64,000 nt of DNA from a virus. The notes under the pieces were generated by a model. The model was not told the DNA's origin, made no database searches, and saw nothing but the letters and a program-made list of their open reading frames with translations. Below are positions 32,352 to 40,741 of the stretch, one piece after another. Position numbers and translations under genes: made by a program. The stretch lies in the IMG/VR virus record IMGVR_UViG_3300044801_000394, positions 5,955 to 69,954 of that record; one strand, 5' to 3'. Every line of letters begins with the position of its first letter. The stretch's first letter is position 1.

Positions 32352-33428
32352 ATGTTTTTAAATCCTCCAGGGTATATAGGTTTTAATGCAGATGTTCAAG
32401 CCGGATCAGCGCCGCTTACTGTGACGTTTAGTCCAGCTATTTATGTCCGTCTTAAACCTGTTTCTTATGTGTGGATTTTTGGAGATGGTTTTAAAAGTTC
32501 AAAGAAAAATCCAACTCATACATATACTGTAGGGGGAGATTTTGATGTAGAACTGATAGTTACTTTTGAAGACGGATCACAAAGTGATCTAATACAAACT
32601 CCCTATATAAAAATAGTTAGACTAATAGTATCTGTTTTAGAACAAAGTGGGCAGGCTCCTTTTACCACTAAATTTTATGTAATTCCAGATCTACCAGAAA
32701 ACGTTGCCATTACCTCTTATGATTGGAATTTTTCCGATGGGTCTGCCCATGCCACCGGTGTGGATATTGTTCATACCTTCATAACAAAAGGGGAGTATTC
32801 TACCGACATAGTAGGAGGTCTAACAGGGACAGGAACAGGGGGCTTAACAGGGGTAGAGAACTTAACAGAGGTAGACAGTAGCATAGAAATTTCTGCAACC
32901 CAACCCTCTATAAAATACAGCAATATGTTTTCGTGCCTGGGATGGATCAAAAAGCCTCTTGTTGATGATCAAAGTACTTTAATTTGTTTGGCGATAGCAG
33001 ATCCTTACAACAATGTAATAGGAGTAGATACATCTATAAAATTTGAAATAATGAGAGACGGATTCGACTACAGACTGTTACATTTGGGGTCTAAGTCAAA
33101 GCTAATAGGTAAAACTTTAACAATAGTTTTAAATGACGGTACCTGGCATTGTGTAGCCTATGAGTGTGATAATAGCGGGACGATGACCTTCTATGTAGAT
33201 GGAGTATCTTTACCTGCAGAAGATGGTATAGGTACTGATGGAATAGCTTTTAATAAAGCACACTCAGTACACGAAAGAATGGGCGGTGGCCCGGTGTGGG
33301 CTCCTTATCTATACGAACTCAGTCAAAGTATCTATTTGTATAATTGGAGATATGGAAAGAATTTTAATCTAGGGCAAAGTTGGATCAATTCCTTAGTAGG
33401 AATAGATAAAACTTATCTGAATATCTAA
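32352..33428 (+). CDS. Two PKD domains plus LamG/ConA-like domain protein
   Basis: 358 aa. GSAPLTVTF..WIFGDG..NPTHTY; WNFSDG; DGTWHCVA...FYVDG. Confidence 0.8.
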   Translation: MFLNPPGYIGFNADVQAGSAPLTVTFSPAIYVRLKPVSYVWIFGDGFKSSKKNPTHTYTVGGDFDVELIVTFEDGSQSDLIQTPYIKIVRLIVSVLEQSGQAPFTTKFYVIPDLPENVAITSYDWNFSDGSAHATGVDIVHTFITKGEYSTDIVGGLTGTGTGGLTGVENLTEVDSSIEISATQPSIKYSNMFSCLGWIKKPLVDDQSTLICLAIADPYNNVIGVDTSIKFEIMRDGFDYRLLHLGSKSKLIGKTLTIVLNDGTWHCVAYECDNSGTMTFYVDGVSLPAEDGIGTDGIAFNKAHSVHERMGGGPVWAPYLYELSQSIYLYNWRYGKNFNLGQSWINSLVGIDKTYLNI

Positions 33429-33440
33429 ATAGGATTTAAA

Positions 33441-33923
33441 ATGTCGATTATAAATCACACTAATTTAATAGCAAATTTTTTTGTTCTACCTTACTTCTCG
33501 TTGAGCATTTCAACGAGCCCAAGAGAGGGAAGGATACCCCTTACAGTGGTTATTACTGGTGTTTCCAGTAGTCAGGTGAATACTTGGAATTGGTTTATAA
33601 ACGGTATCCAACAAATAGAAACTACTCAGCAAATTAATAGAACTTTCACACAAAAGGGACAATATCTATTACAACTAGTGGCGACGGATATTTATTCTCA
33701 AGGACCTTTGACTGTGTATAACTCTGTTGTGGCCACAAGTAACCTCGCCGTTTTAGATAGCGCTTTAGACGATATGGATCCAAATAGAGTAGTTGAGTTA
33801 GCAGGTTCGGCGGATTTCCTTTATGATGGAAAAGGGATAGGAGTAAAAACTCCTATCTACAGCACTAGTTTCAATAATGCAGGGTTTTCACACGCTAGTG
33901 GTCCAGATATAATATTCAGCTAA
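33441..33923 (+). CDS. PKD-like domain protein
   Basis: 160 aa. SPREGRIPLTV...WNW...TFTQKGQY. Confidence 0.7.
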   Translation: MSIINHTNLIANFFVLPYFSLSISTSPREGRIPLTVVITGVSSSQVNTWNWFINGIQQIETTQQINRTFTQKGQYLLQLVATDIYSQGPLTVYNSVVATSNLAVLDSALDDMDPNRVVELAGSADFLYDGKGIGVKTPIYSTSFNNAGFSHASGPDIIFS

Positions 33924-33933
33924 AGAGAAGAAG

Positions 33934-34578
33934 ATGCTTAAGACTAAAAACAATACTGTACGAGCCAATGTTCAGCAAAACATAACAGATACTTCTGTTG
34001 TAATAAGCTCAGGGTCTCTCGTATTTGATAACAAGTGGATAGACTATCCAGGCACTGTTTTTAATGTTCAGGATTATATAAATTCCCAAATAAGTGCTGG
34101 ACGAACACGATTTTTTAACGGGCTTAATTATGCAGTCTGTCTTATAGTTGGTGTCGGTATCACTGGGGAAATAACGGTAGTGGAAGGGGCACAAGTCCTC
34201 TATACTACTTTAGCATCTGTTCCGGTACCTCCAACTTTTTCTATTATACCTTTAATTGGTATAGTTCTGATCCAAGACGGCACTTCCGACGTGAATGCTG
34301 GAGTAAAGCCACTAAAAAATAACAATGTAATTTATTTCTCTGGAATGGGAAACGTAATAGATAAGAATATAAAAGGTACCGATGGAGCAACCGGTTTGTT
34401 AGGAGTACTAGGATCTAGTGGTGAAACAGGGCTAATTGGAGAAGACGGTATCACCGGTTTAAACGGTATCATGGGAACCACAGGTCCTATGGGTTTTGGT
34501 ATTATAGGAGCACAAGGAGCCCAGGGGATGACGGGCATAAATTGGGATATACATATTTTGTTTGATCATTTAATCTAA
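33934..34578 (+). CDS. Collagen-containing appendage protein
   Basis: 214 aa. Gly-X-Y run at 34375-34536; N-terminal domain paralogous to 34592. Confidence 0.75.
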   Translation: MLKTKNNTVRANVQQNITDTSVVISSGSLVFDNKWIDYPGTVFNVQDYINSQISAGRTRFFNGLNYAVCLIVGVGITGEITVVEGAQVLYTTLASVPVPPTFSIIPLIGIVLIQDGTSDVNAGVKPLKNNNVIYFSGMGNVIDKNIKGTDGATGLLGVLGSSGETGLIGEDGITGLNGIMGTTGPMGFGIIGAQGAQGMTGINWDIHILFDHLI

Positions 34579-34591
34579 AACGACATATCTA

Positions 34592-35608
34592 ATGGGACTT
34601 ATTACTAGAAAAAATCAGCCTTTTACCACGGTATCAAAAAATAGTGCGATACAGGGTGATAATATTGTCTTCATCAAGGGCGGATCCACTATAATAGGGG
34701 ACACCTGGGTCCAGTTTAATGATATAAGAGTATACATCAAAGATCTGGTAGATAGTTTTATTGCAAGCTCAGCTAGAAGAGTTTTCAATGTTAAAAACGG
34801 AGTCTTATATGTACTTATTACAGTCGATAAAGACAGCAGACTAGAAGTAGTACCTAGTGTATCTCTTAATCAGACAGTTGCAGGTAATGTAAAAGTTTTC
34901 TCCTCGTTGTCTGGTAGGTTGCCCCTTATTTTGGTGCAACTAGTTCAGGACGGGTCAGATAATTTATCCAGTTACCTTCCAATTACAAGTTCCAGTTATG
35001 AAGTTTTTAAAGGATATGGAAATTTTACTTTATCTGGTAATCAAGGAGAAACAGGTCCTCAAGGAGATACAGGTTTAGAGGGTTTAGAAGGTCTCTCAGG
35101 TATTACTGGATTAATTGGTTTTGAGGCAGCTGAGTCTAATATAGTTCAAGATAGTGTAGAAGAAGAAAATGACATTTGGATATGTGTGGTGGGGTATAGC
35201 GGTGTTATTCAGAACACAGTTAATTATTCAATTACTATTGGACCAGAAGGTCTTAGAGGTGCTACGGGGATTGTAGGCGATACTGGGATACAAGGTTCTC
35301 TTGGAGTATCTATAGCGAGATTTGTTCATAACAGACCTGTAGATCCTGTAGCAGATTTTTCTGGGTATCCTTTGACTGGAGTAGTTGGTTTATCAGGAGT
35401 CCAGTTTACAAATTTGTCTACAGGATCCTGGGATAGTGCATTATGGGTTTTTGGAGATGGCAATAGCTTTATAGACAATAGTCAGGGGATTACTGGTCCT
35501 GTTCATTATTATGGCGAGACAGGGACTTATGATGTAATTCTCTATTTATATAGTATTGATTATGAGGTTCATAAAACTAAATACGACTACATAACGGTGA
35601 CTAGTTAA
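34592..35608 (+). CDS. Collagen-containing appendage protein with C-terminal PKD domain
   Basis: 338 aa. Gly-X-Y at 35036-35311 interrupted by 38 aa; PVADF...FTNLSTG...WVFGDG. Confidence 0.75.
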   Translation: MGLITRKNQPFTTVSKNSAIQGDNIVFIKGGSTIIGDTWVQFNDIRVYIKDLVDSFIASSARRVFNVKNGVLYVLITVDKDSRLEVVPSVSLNQTVAGNVKVFSSLSGRLPLILVQLVQDGSDNLSSYLPITSSSYEVFKGYGNFTLSGNQGETGPQGDTGLEGLEGLSGITGLIGFEAAESNIVQDSVEEENDIWICVVGYSGVIQNTVNYSITIGPEGLRGATGIVGDTGIQGSLGVSIARFVHNRPVDPVADFSGYPLTGVVGLSGVQFTNLSTGSWDSALWVFGDGNSFIDNSQGITGPVHYYGETGTYDVILYLYSIDYEVHKTKYDYITVTS

Positions 35609-35624
35609 TACAAGGAGTTCGACA

Positions 35625-36200
35625 ATGTCAGATACAGGGGTCTTAAAACACATCATACAGATTAATGATCTAAGAAGCAATTTAGATCAGGGTCTTAGTG
35701 GGGCTGGGGATACTGAGCTAAAAGTTAATCAGATAGCAATAGCTTTGGGTACCACAGGCTATAGACTTTTGTATAGAGATGAGTTGGGTGGGGCACATGA
35801 TGTTGCTAATTTAGATGATATTGGATCAGGGCCTGCAGGAGCTACTGTAGGAAACATTAATCTGTCTTTTGGAACTACAGGTACTGTAATCAGTACGGGT
35901 ATCAAAGCAGATGTTACCCTTCCTTTTAATTTAGCATTTACATCGTGGAGAGTAGTAGGGCAACCAACAGGATCTGTACTGTTTACCTTAACAAGTTATT
36001 CTTATGCAAACTATCCTTATACTGGTACTGGACATATGATACCAGGTTATACAGGTCCTTATGTTAATAATGATTTCAAGAATCAAGCGACAAGTTTAGT
36101 GGGGTGGACTGGCTCTTCTGGTGACATCCTTGAGATAGTAATAGATTCTTGCTCTAATTTCAACAACCTTTCTTTGTCTTTGGGATATAGTAAAGTATAA
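35625..36200 (+). CDS. TG-rich tail-associated protein
   Basis: 191 aa with AAGGAG RBS. Beta-rich C-terminal domain and many TG motifs. Confidence 0.65.
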   Translation: MSDTGVLKHIIQINDLRSNLDQGLSGAGDTELKVNQIAIALGTTGYRLLYRDELGGAHDVANLDDIGSGPAGATVGNINLSFGTTGTVISTGIKADVTLPFNLAFTSWRVVGQPTGSVLFTLTSYSYANYPYTGTGHMIPGYTGPYVNNDFKNQATSLVGWTGSSGDILEIVIDSCSNFNNLSLSLGYSKV

Positions 36201-36277
36201 AGAGGAAAATGTCTAATGTTCGTGGTACACAAAGCAGTTGAGAGTTATTTGAAAGATAAAAACAGTAGGTACTAATT

Positions 36278-36949
36278 GTGATAAAACTAGTGACAAGGTA
36301 TAAAGATAGAAGACCATTTTTAGAAAGAACTATACATACATGGTTAAGAAATCCATTTTATCAAGAAATAATAATTGTTGATTGGTCGTCAAGTGATGAT
36401 ATTGTTCCATATCTGAAAACCTTGAATGATTCTCGATTGACAGTATTAAGAGTTAAAGGACAGAAATATATAGATCGCGGCGCTGCTTGGAATGTTGGGA
36501 TAAAATATGCAGACAGTACATGGATTCATGCAGTTGATTGTGATGTGATGGTAAGACCAACAATTTATGAAAATGTTGATTTCTCAAATCTAAATACTTT
36601 TTATATGAGTAAGGAGTGCAGTGCTGTTCGTGGTTCATGTCTTTTCCCTAAATATGCTTGGAGACTGGTCAATGGATATATAGAGGGTTTGAAATCTTTT
36701 GGAGCGGAAGATCCATTGTTTTATGAAAATCTTGAATTGATAGGATTAAAAGAGAATAATATATTTACAGCAAGAGATTTATTTCATATTACTCACGGTG
36801 ATTACATTCGACAGCAAAATCATGAAGTAATATATAAAGGTAGTAACTGGATGGGTGATGCACACAGAACAAATTGGCGTTTAGCACATGAATTAAATGA
36901 TCCTAAACGACAGTTGAAAAAATATGAGACAGAAATAATTAAATCATGA
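36278..36949 (+). CDS. GT-A fold glycosyltransferase (GT2/GT7-like)
   Basis: 223 aa, GTG start. IIIVDWSSSD, AWNVG, DCD (DxD), and NGYIEGLKSFGAED resembling the GT7 C-terminal motif. Confidence 0.85.
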   Translation: MIKLVTRYKDRRPFLERTIHTWLRNPFYQEIIIVDWSSSDDIVPYLKTLNDSRLTVLRVKGQKYIDRGAAWNVGIKYADSTWIHAVDCDVMVRPTIYENVDFSNLNTFYMSKECSAVRGSCLFPKYAWRLVNGYIEGLKSFGAEDPLFYENLELIGLKENNIFTARDLFHITHGDYIRQQNHEVIYKGSNWMGDAHRTNWRLAHELNDPKRQLKKYETEIIKS

Positions 36950-37941
36950 AAATCTTATTGATTTCAACACCTTGGCTTCCAACACCCCCAATAACTCACG
37001 GGGGTGTAGAAAGAGATGTTGCTTGTCTGGCAAAAGAATTTGTAAAATTAGGACATATTGTAACTATTATTGCTGCAAAAGGAAGTAATGTACCTGGTTG
37101 TAAAATTATAGAAGCGTATAACCGCAAGGAAAACGAACAAGTATTAGACCAGATTGTTTTTTGGCGAAATGTTATTCAATACATGGAAAGTAATAAGCAC
37201 GATGTTGTTAATTCTCATACTTCTTTACTTAATATGCCTTATGATACTATAAATGATTTATCCCAAAAAAGACTGTGTGTGTCAATACACTATGAGGAAA
37301 GAGTTGCGCCAAGAAACAATATATTCATATCAGAAGCACAACAAAAAGCCTTAAAATCGTGTGCAAAATACATTCATAACCCGATTGACGCTAATATTTA
37401 TACATTTTGTACAGAGAAAGATAATTACTTTACATTTGTTGGAAGGATTCATTTTGAAAAGGGTGCTGACATAGCAATTAAAATCGCTAAAGACACTAAT
37501 GTTCCATTGAAACTTGCTGGGAACATAGATGATAAAATTTTTTTTGATACAAAAATTTCTCCTCATCTTAATAATAGTATACAATATGTGGGAGAAGTCA
37601 ACGATCAACAAAAATCTGATCTTTTATCAAAATCAAGGGCAGTATTGTATCCGACAAGAGTAAACCCTGAAGCATTTGGCCTAGTACCACTTGAGGCAAA
37701 TGCCTGTGGCACACCAGCAATAGCTTTTCGCAGCGGCGGCCTAAAAGAAGTCATTAAGGATGGAGAAACAGGATTTCTTGTTGATACTATTGGAGAAATG
37801 ATTGCAGCAGTAACAAAAGTTAAAGACATTGATCCTGTTATTTGTAGAAAATGGGTAGAAGACAATTTTAAACCAGAAATTATTAGTAACAAATATCTCC
37901 AGCTATATGAAGAGTTAATCAATGGAAACAATTGGGGTTAG
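36946..37941 (+). CDS. GT-B fold glycosyltransferase, family 4
   Basis: 331 aa. PPITHGGVE, GRIHFEKG, EAFGLVPLEANACGTP. Confidence 0.92.
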   Translation: MKILLISTPWLPTPPITHGGVERDVACLAKEFVKLGHIVTIIAAKGSNVPGCKIIEAYNRKENEQVLDQIVFWRNVIQYMESNKHDVVNSHTSLLNMPYDTINDLSQKRLCVSIHYEERVAPRNNIFISEAQQKALKSCAKYIHNPIDANIYTFCTEKDNYFTFVGRIHFEKGADIAIKIAKDTNVPLKLAGNIDDKIFFDTKISPHLNNSIQYVGEVNDQQKSDLLSKSRAVLYPTRVNPEAFGLVPLEANACGTPAIAFRSGGLKEVIKDGETGFLVDTIGEMIAAVTKVKDIDPVICRKWVEDNFKPEIISNKYLQLYEELINGNNWG

Positions 37942-37944
37942 ATT

Positions 37945-38484
37945 ATGAAAATATTTATGCCAGTTCCAGCTGATAGACCTGTTACTGCTGAAATTCTGGC
38001 GTCTATTAAGAAGCAGGGTATAGAACCGGAAATAATAGATTGTACCTTTGATGCGAAGAAGTTTTTTAAGCCACAAAGGTTGGTCTTATCCGAAAAAAAA
38101 TTCAAGGAAGTAGCGTTAAAATGTACTGATGAATTTATTGTATATCAGCAATGTGATATTTTGCATCTTAGGGATGATAATATATCCGTTATGCAAACAT
38201 TTTTAACAAGTCATCCTGATTTTGGGGCGGTTGCTTTATCAAGATATAGAATAAATTCTAAATTAGTTTATGATCCTGCAGAGAAAAATACAATTATTAG
38301 TGGATGTGTAATGTTTACAAGAAAAGGACTTGAAGCAGTAGAATTTGAAGAGCCAGATGAAATAAGACAACCTACTTCTAAGATTATTGCGAGTTCTTTG
38401 AATAAAGCAGGATTAAAATATGGATATGTAGATGATATAATGAGAGTACAACATCCAAGTATGAACTTTTTCTACCGAGGTTAA
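37945..38484 (+). CDS. Divergent GT-A-like glycosyltransferase
   Basis: 179 aa. EFIVYQQCDI at the DxD position, DFGAVAL, GCVMFTRKGL; adjacent to two glycosyltransferases. Confidence 0.5.
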   Translation: MKIFMPVPADRPVTAEILASIKKQGIEPEIIDCTFDAKKFFKPQRLVLSEKKFKEVALKCTDEFIVYQQCDILHLRDDNISVMQTFLTSHPDFGAVALSRYRINSKLVYDPAEKNTIISGCVMFTRKGLEAVEFEEPDEIRQPTSKIIASSLNKAGLKYGYVDDIMRVQHPSMNFFYRG

Positions 38485-38485
38485 A

Positions 38486-40066
38486 ATGCCTTATTACGAC
38501 ATATCTTTAGATACTTATGGAAGTGGAACTACGGGTGATCCCTACGGATGGCCAGCCGCTATGGATGATGGTAATCCTGACGTATGTTGGAATGGTTATG
38601 GAAACCAAACCTATTATGTCCGTGGTGAGAGACATCTTGCATCTGGTTCCATTGGAATAGGTAATAGCTATTGCGGGGCTGGTTATGTATTTAGACCGTG
38701 GAACCTTAGTTTGTACGGACCTTGGAGAATTGGAGTAGATTCTGGTTCTATACAATTATTTGGAGGAAATGAAACTGTCGGTGATATTTTAGATGGTGCT
38801 ATTCTGAAAGCAGGTAGTGTAACTATTGATGGATCCTATTCTAATATAAATATCTACCGAACAACCATAATAGCGGATAATATAAATTTATGGAATAATT
38901 ATGGTTATGAAGGCTACGATTACACTCACTACTATGGCTGTTCTTTTATAGCCTCTAACAGTATTAACTTTAACACCTTATGGAAACCCTACGGTACACA
39001 ATTTATAGATTGTATCTTTAAATTTTCCTCCGCTTTATTTGATCCATATGATACTCAAGGTAGTATTCTATCTTTTATTAATTGTGCAATGCCTTCTCCA
39101 GTTACTTTTGATAAAGGTCAAAGTATTATTCCTAGTAGTTATTCAAATGTTAATGATATTTTTATAGTTGGAGGTATTGTTAGTAAATTCTATACTTCAG
39201 ATGGTTCTGATACTCAGGATAGTGGATTAACAACAATTAAGGGTAGTTCTTTATTACCTGGAGACGTTTTTGCTTCAAGTTTTAATTTTGCAGGTGCTAA
39301 TTTATCTCCTTCTGGATATTCTTTAGCTGATTTTTTAACTCATTATAATCTTCATAATGGAGATGCTTTCACAATTGATGGAACAGATACAACAGGCGGA
39401 GATTTTCTTACTGCAAAAGGTTCCGCTCTGGCACAGGGAGATATATTTTATACCTATGGAGGTTCTGTTACTTATACAACTGACTTCTATGTTGGTTATG
39501 TAGGTAATTTACTTTATAATGCTGGTTGCCAAACTGATTGGATTCCAACAACATGGCCTGAATGGAATGATAACATAAAAGCACATTGGTCGCATGATAT
39601 TTTAGCAGTTGGAATTTCAACACCACCAGAACCAGGTGCTGGGTATCCTACTTATTCTGGATATGCAACCGGAATGTTTGGTGAAGCAAGAACAGGTATT
39701 GGATTTTTATATTTCAAAAATGTCATATATTATATCAACGCAAATCCAACAAGTACACCCGACGGTCTAACGCCAGATACAGGTTATCCTAGTTTTAATG
39801 ATTTAATATCCAATATAACTCTTGAGGATTATTTTATCATTATAGTTGTTGACAATGGAATAATAAATGAACCTTTAACATCTGTATCTTTTCCTTACGC
39901 TATTTTGATAATACAATCATGGACATCAAATTTAAATAAACCTACGGTGCAGTTAGGTGATGGTCTTACTTTTAATAAACCACCATTTGAGTTAAGTGAT
40001 ATTAATTTTATCCGTAGGGGGGGAAGACTTGGAATAATAATAGTAAGGGATAGTCCGCCAGAATAG
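38486..40066 (+). CDS. Beta-helix-like adhesin/tailspike-type protein
   Basis: 526 aa. GTTGDPY start motif, FIDCIF/FINC beta-helix-like rungs, and a second YYINAN..DGLTPDTGY start motif near the C-terminus. Confidence 0.55.
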   Translation: MPYYDISLDTYGSGTTGDPYGWPAAMDDGNPDVCWNGYGNQTYYVRGERHLASGSIGIGNSYCGAGYVFRPWNLSLYGPWRIGVDSGSIQLFGGNETVGDILDGAILKAGSVTIDGSYSNINIYRTTIIADNINLWNNYGYEGYDYTHYYGCSFIASNSINFNTLWKPYGTQFIDCIFKFSSALFDPYDTQGSILSFINCAMPSPVTFDKGQSIIPSSYSNVNDIFIVGGIVSKFYTSDGSDTQDSGLTTIKGSSLLPGDVFASSFNFAGANLSPSGYSLADFLTHYNLHNGDAFTIDGTDTTGGDFLTAKGSALAQGDIFYTYGGSVTYTTDFYVGYVGNLLYNAGCQTDWIPTTWPEWNDNIKAHWSHDILAVGISTPPEPGAGYPTYSGYATGMFGEARTGIGFLYFKNVIYYINANPTSTPDGLTPDTGYPSFNDLISNITLEDYFIIIVVDNGIINEPLTSVSFPYAILIIQSWTSNLNKPTVQLGDGLTFNKPPFELSDINFIRRGGRLGIIIVRDSPPE

Positions 40067-40074
40067 GAGATAAA

Positions 40075-40362
40075 ATGACTAATATTAAAAGATGTATTTT
40101 TAACGATATATACATACAAACCGAAAATCCTTCGGATTTTTATGTAATAAATAGCATTTTTGATGCACATGCAGATACATTACCTTATTTTATATTGTTT
40201 AATGGAGAGTCAAAGGGAATTTTTGCTTGCAATAATGATTTCTACAATCTACCTACTGTTGCAGCTATAAAAGTTGTTGGAACTGTTAGAACAGCTAGAA
40301 TTCTTAATAACAATTTTGAATTAGTTGGATTTGCAGTTGATGCAAATGAGGTTACAACATGA
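40075..40362 (+). CDS. Short beta-helix-rung protein
   Basis: 95 aa with AGGAG RBS. INSIF, CNNDF, LNNNF rungs. Confidence 0.55.
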   Translation: MTNIKRCIFNDIYIQTENPSDFYVINSIFDAHADTLPYFILFNGESKGIFACNNDFYNLPTVAAIKVVGTVRTARILNNNFELVGFAVDANEVTT

Positions 40363-40703
40363 AACCATTTTCTTATGGCCCAAGCACAGACTTTTTAATA
40401 GACAATAATATAACATATGAAGCATCTGATGATCCTTTCCGTTGCAGCGATCAAGTTCATGTAGGAGTTTTTAATCAAATAAATATTGATCCGTTATTAG
40501 TGGATCCAGCAAGCGGTGACTTTAAATTGCAAACAGGAAGTCCAGCTATTGGTGCGGGTGTTGACAATATTCACGAACCATCTGTTCCAACAGACGATAT
40601 TATTGGAAATCCAAGAACACCAAATACTGATAGTGGAGCATATCAATATATTCCAAGTGGGGCTGCTCCTCATGAAGATATAAATATTGTGATGATCTAT
40701 TAA
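40359..40703 (+). CDS. Beta-helix C-terminal cap (choice-of-anchor Q-like) protein
   Basis: 114 aa. DPLLVDPASGDFKLQTGSPAIGAG...DIIGNPR...DSGAYQY. Confidence 0.7.
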   Translation: MKPFSYGPSTDFLIDNNITYEASDDPFRCSDQVHVGVFNQINIDPLLVDPASGDFKLQTGSPAIGAGVDNIHEPSVPTDDIIGNPRTPNTDSGAYQYIPSGAAPHEDINIVMIY

Positions 40704-40741
40704 CAGAACATGATATATAATTTTAGTTAGGAACAAATAAA

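Noticed and set aside
36278-38484. Glycosyltransferases as DNA-modifying enzymes
   Set aside because: Not excluded, but disfavoured: they sit in the tail operon and no base hydroxymethylase or nucleotide-modification genes are adjacent.
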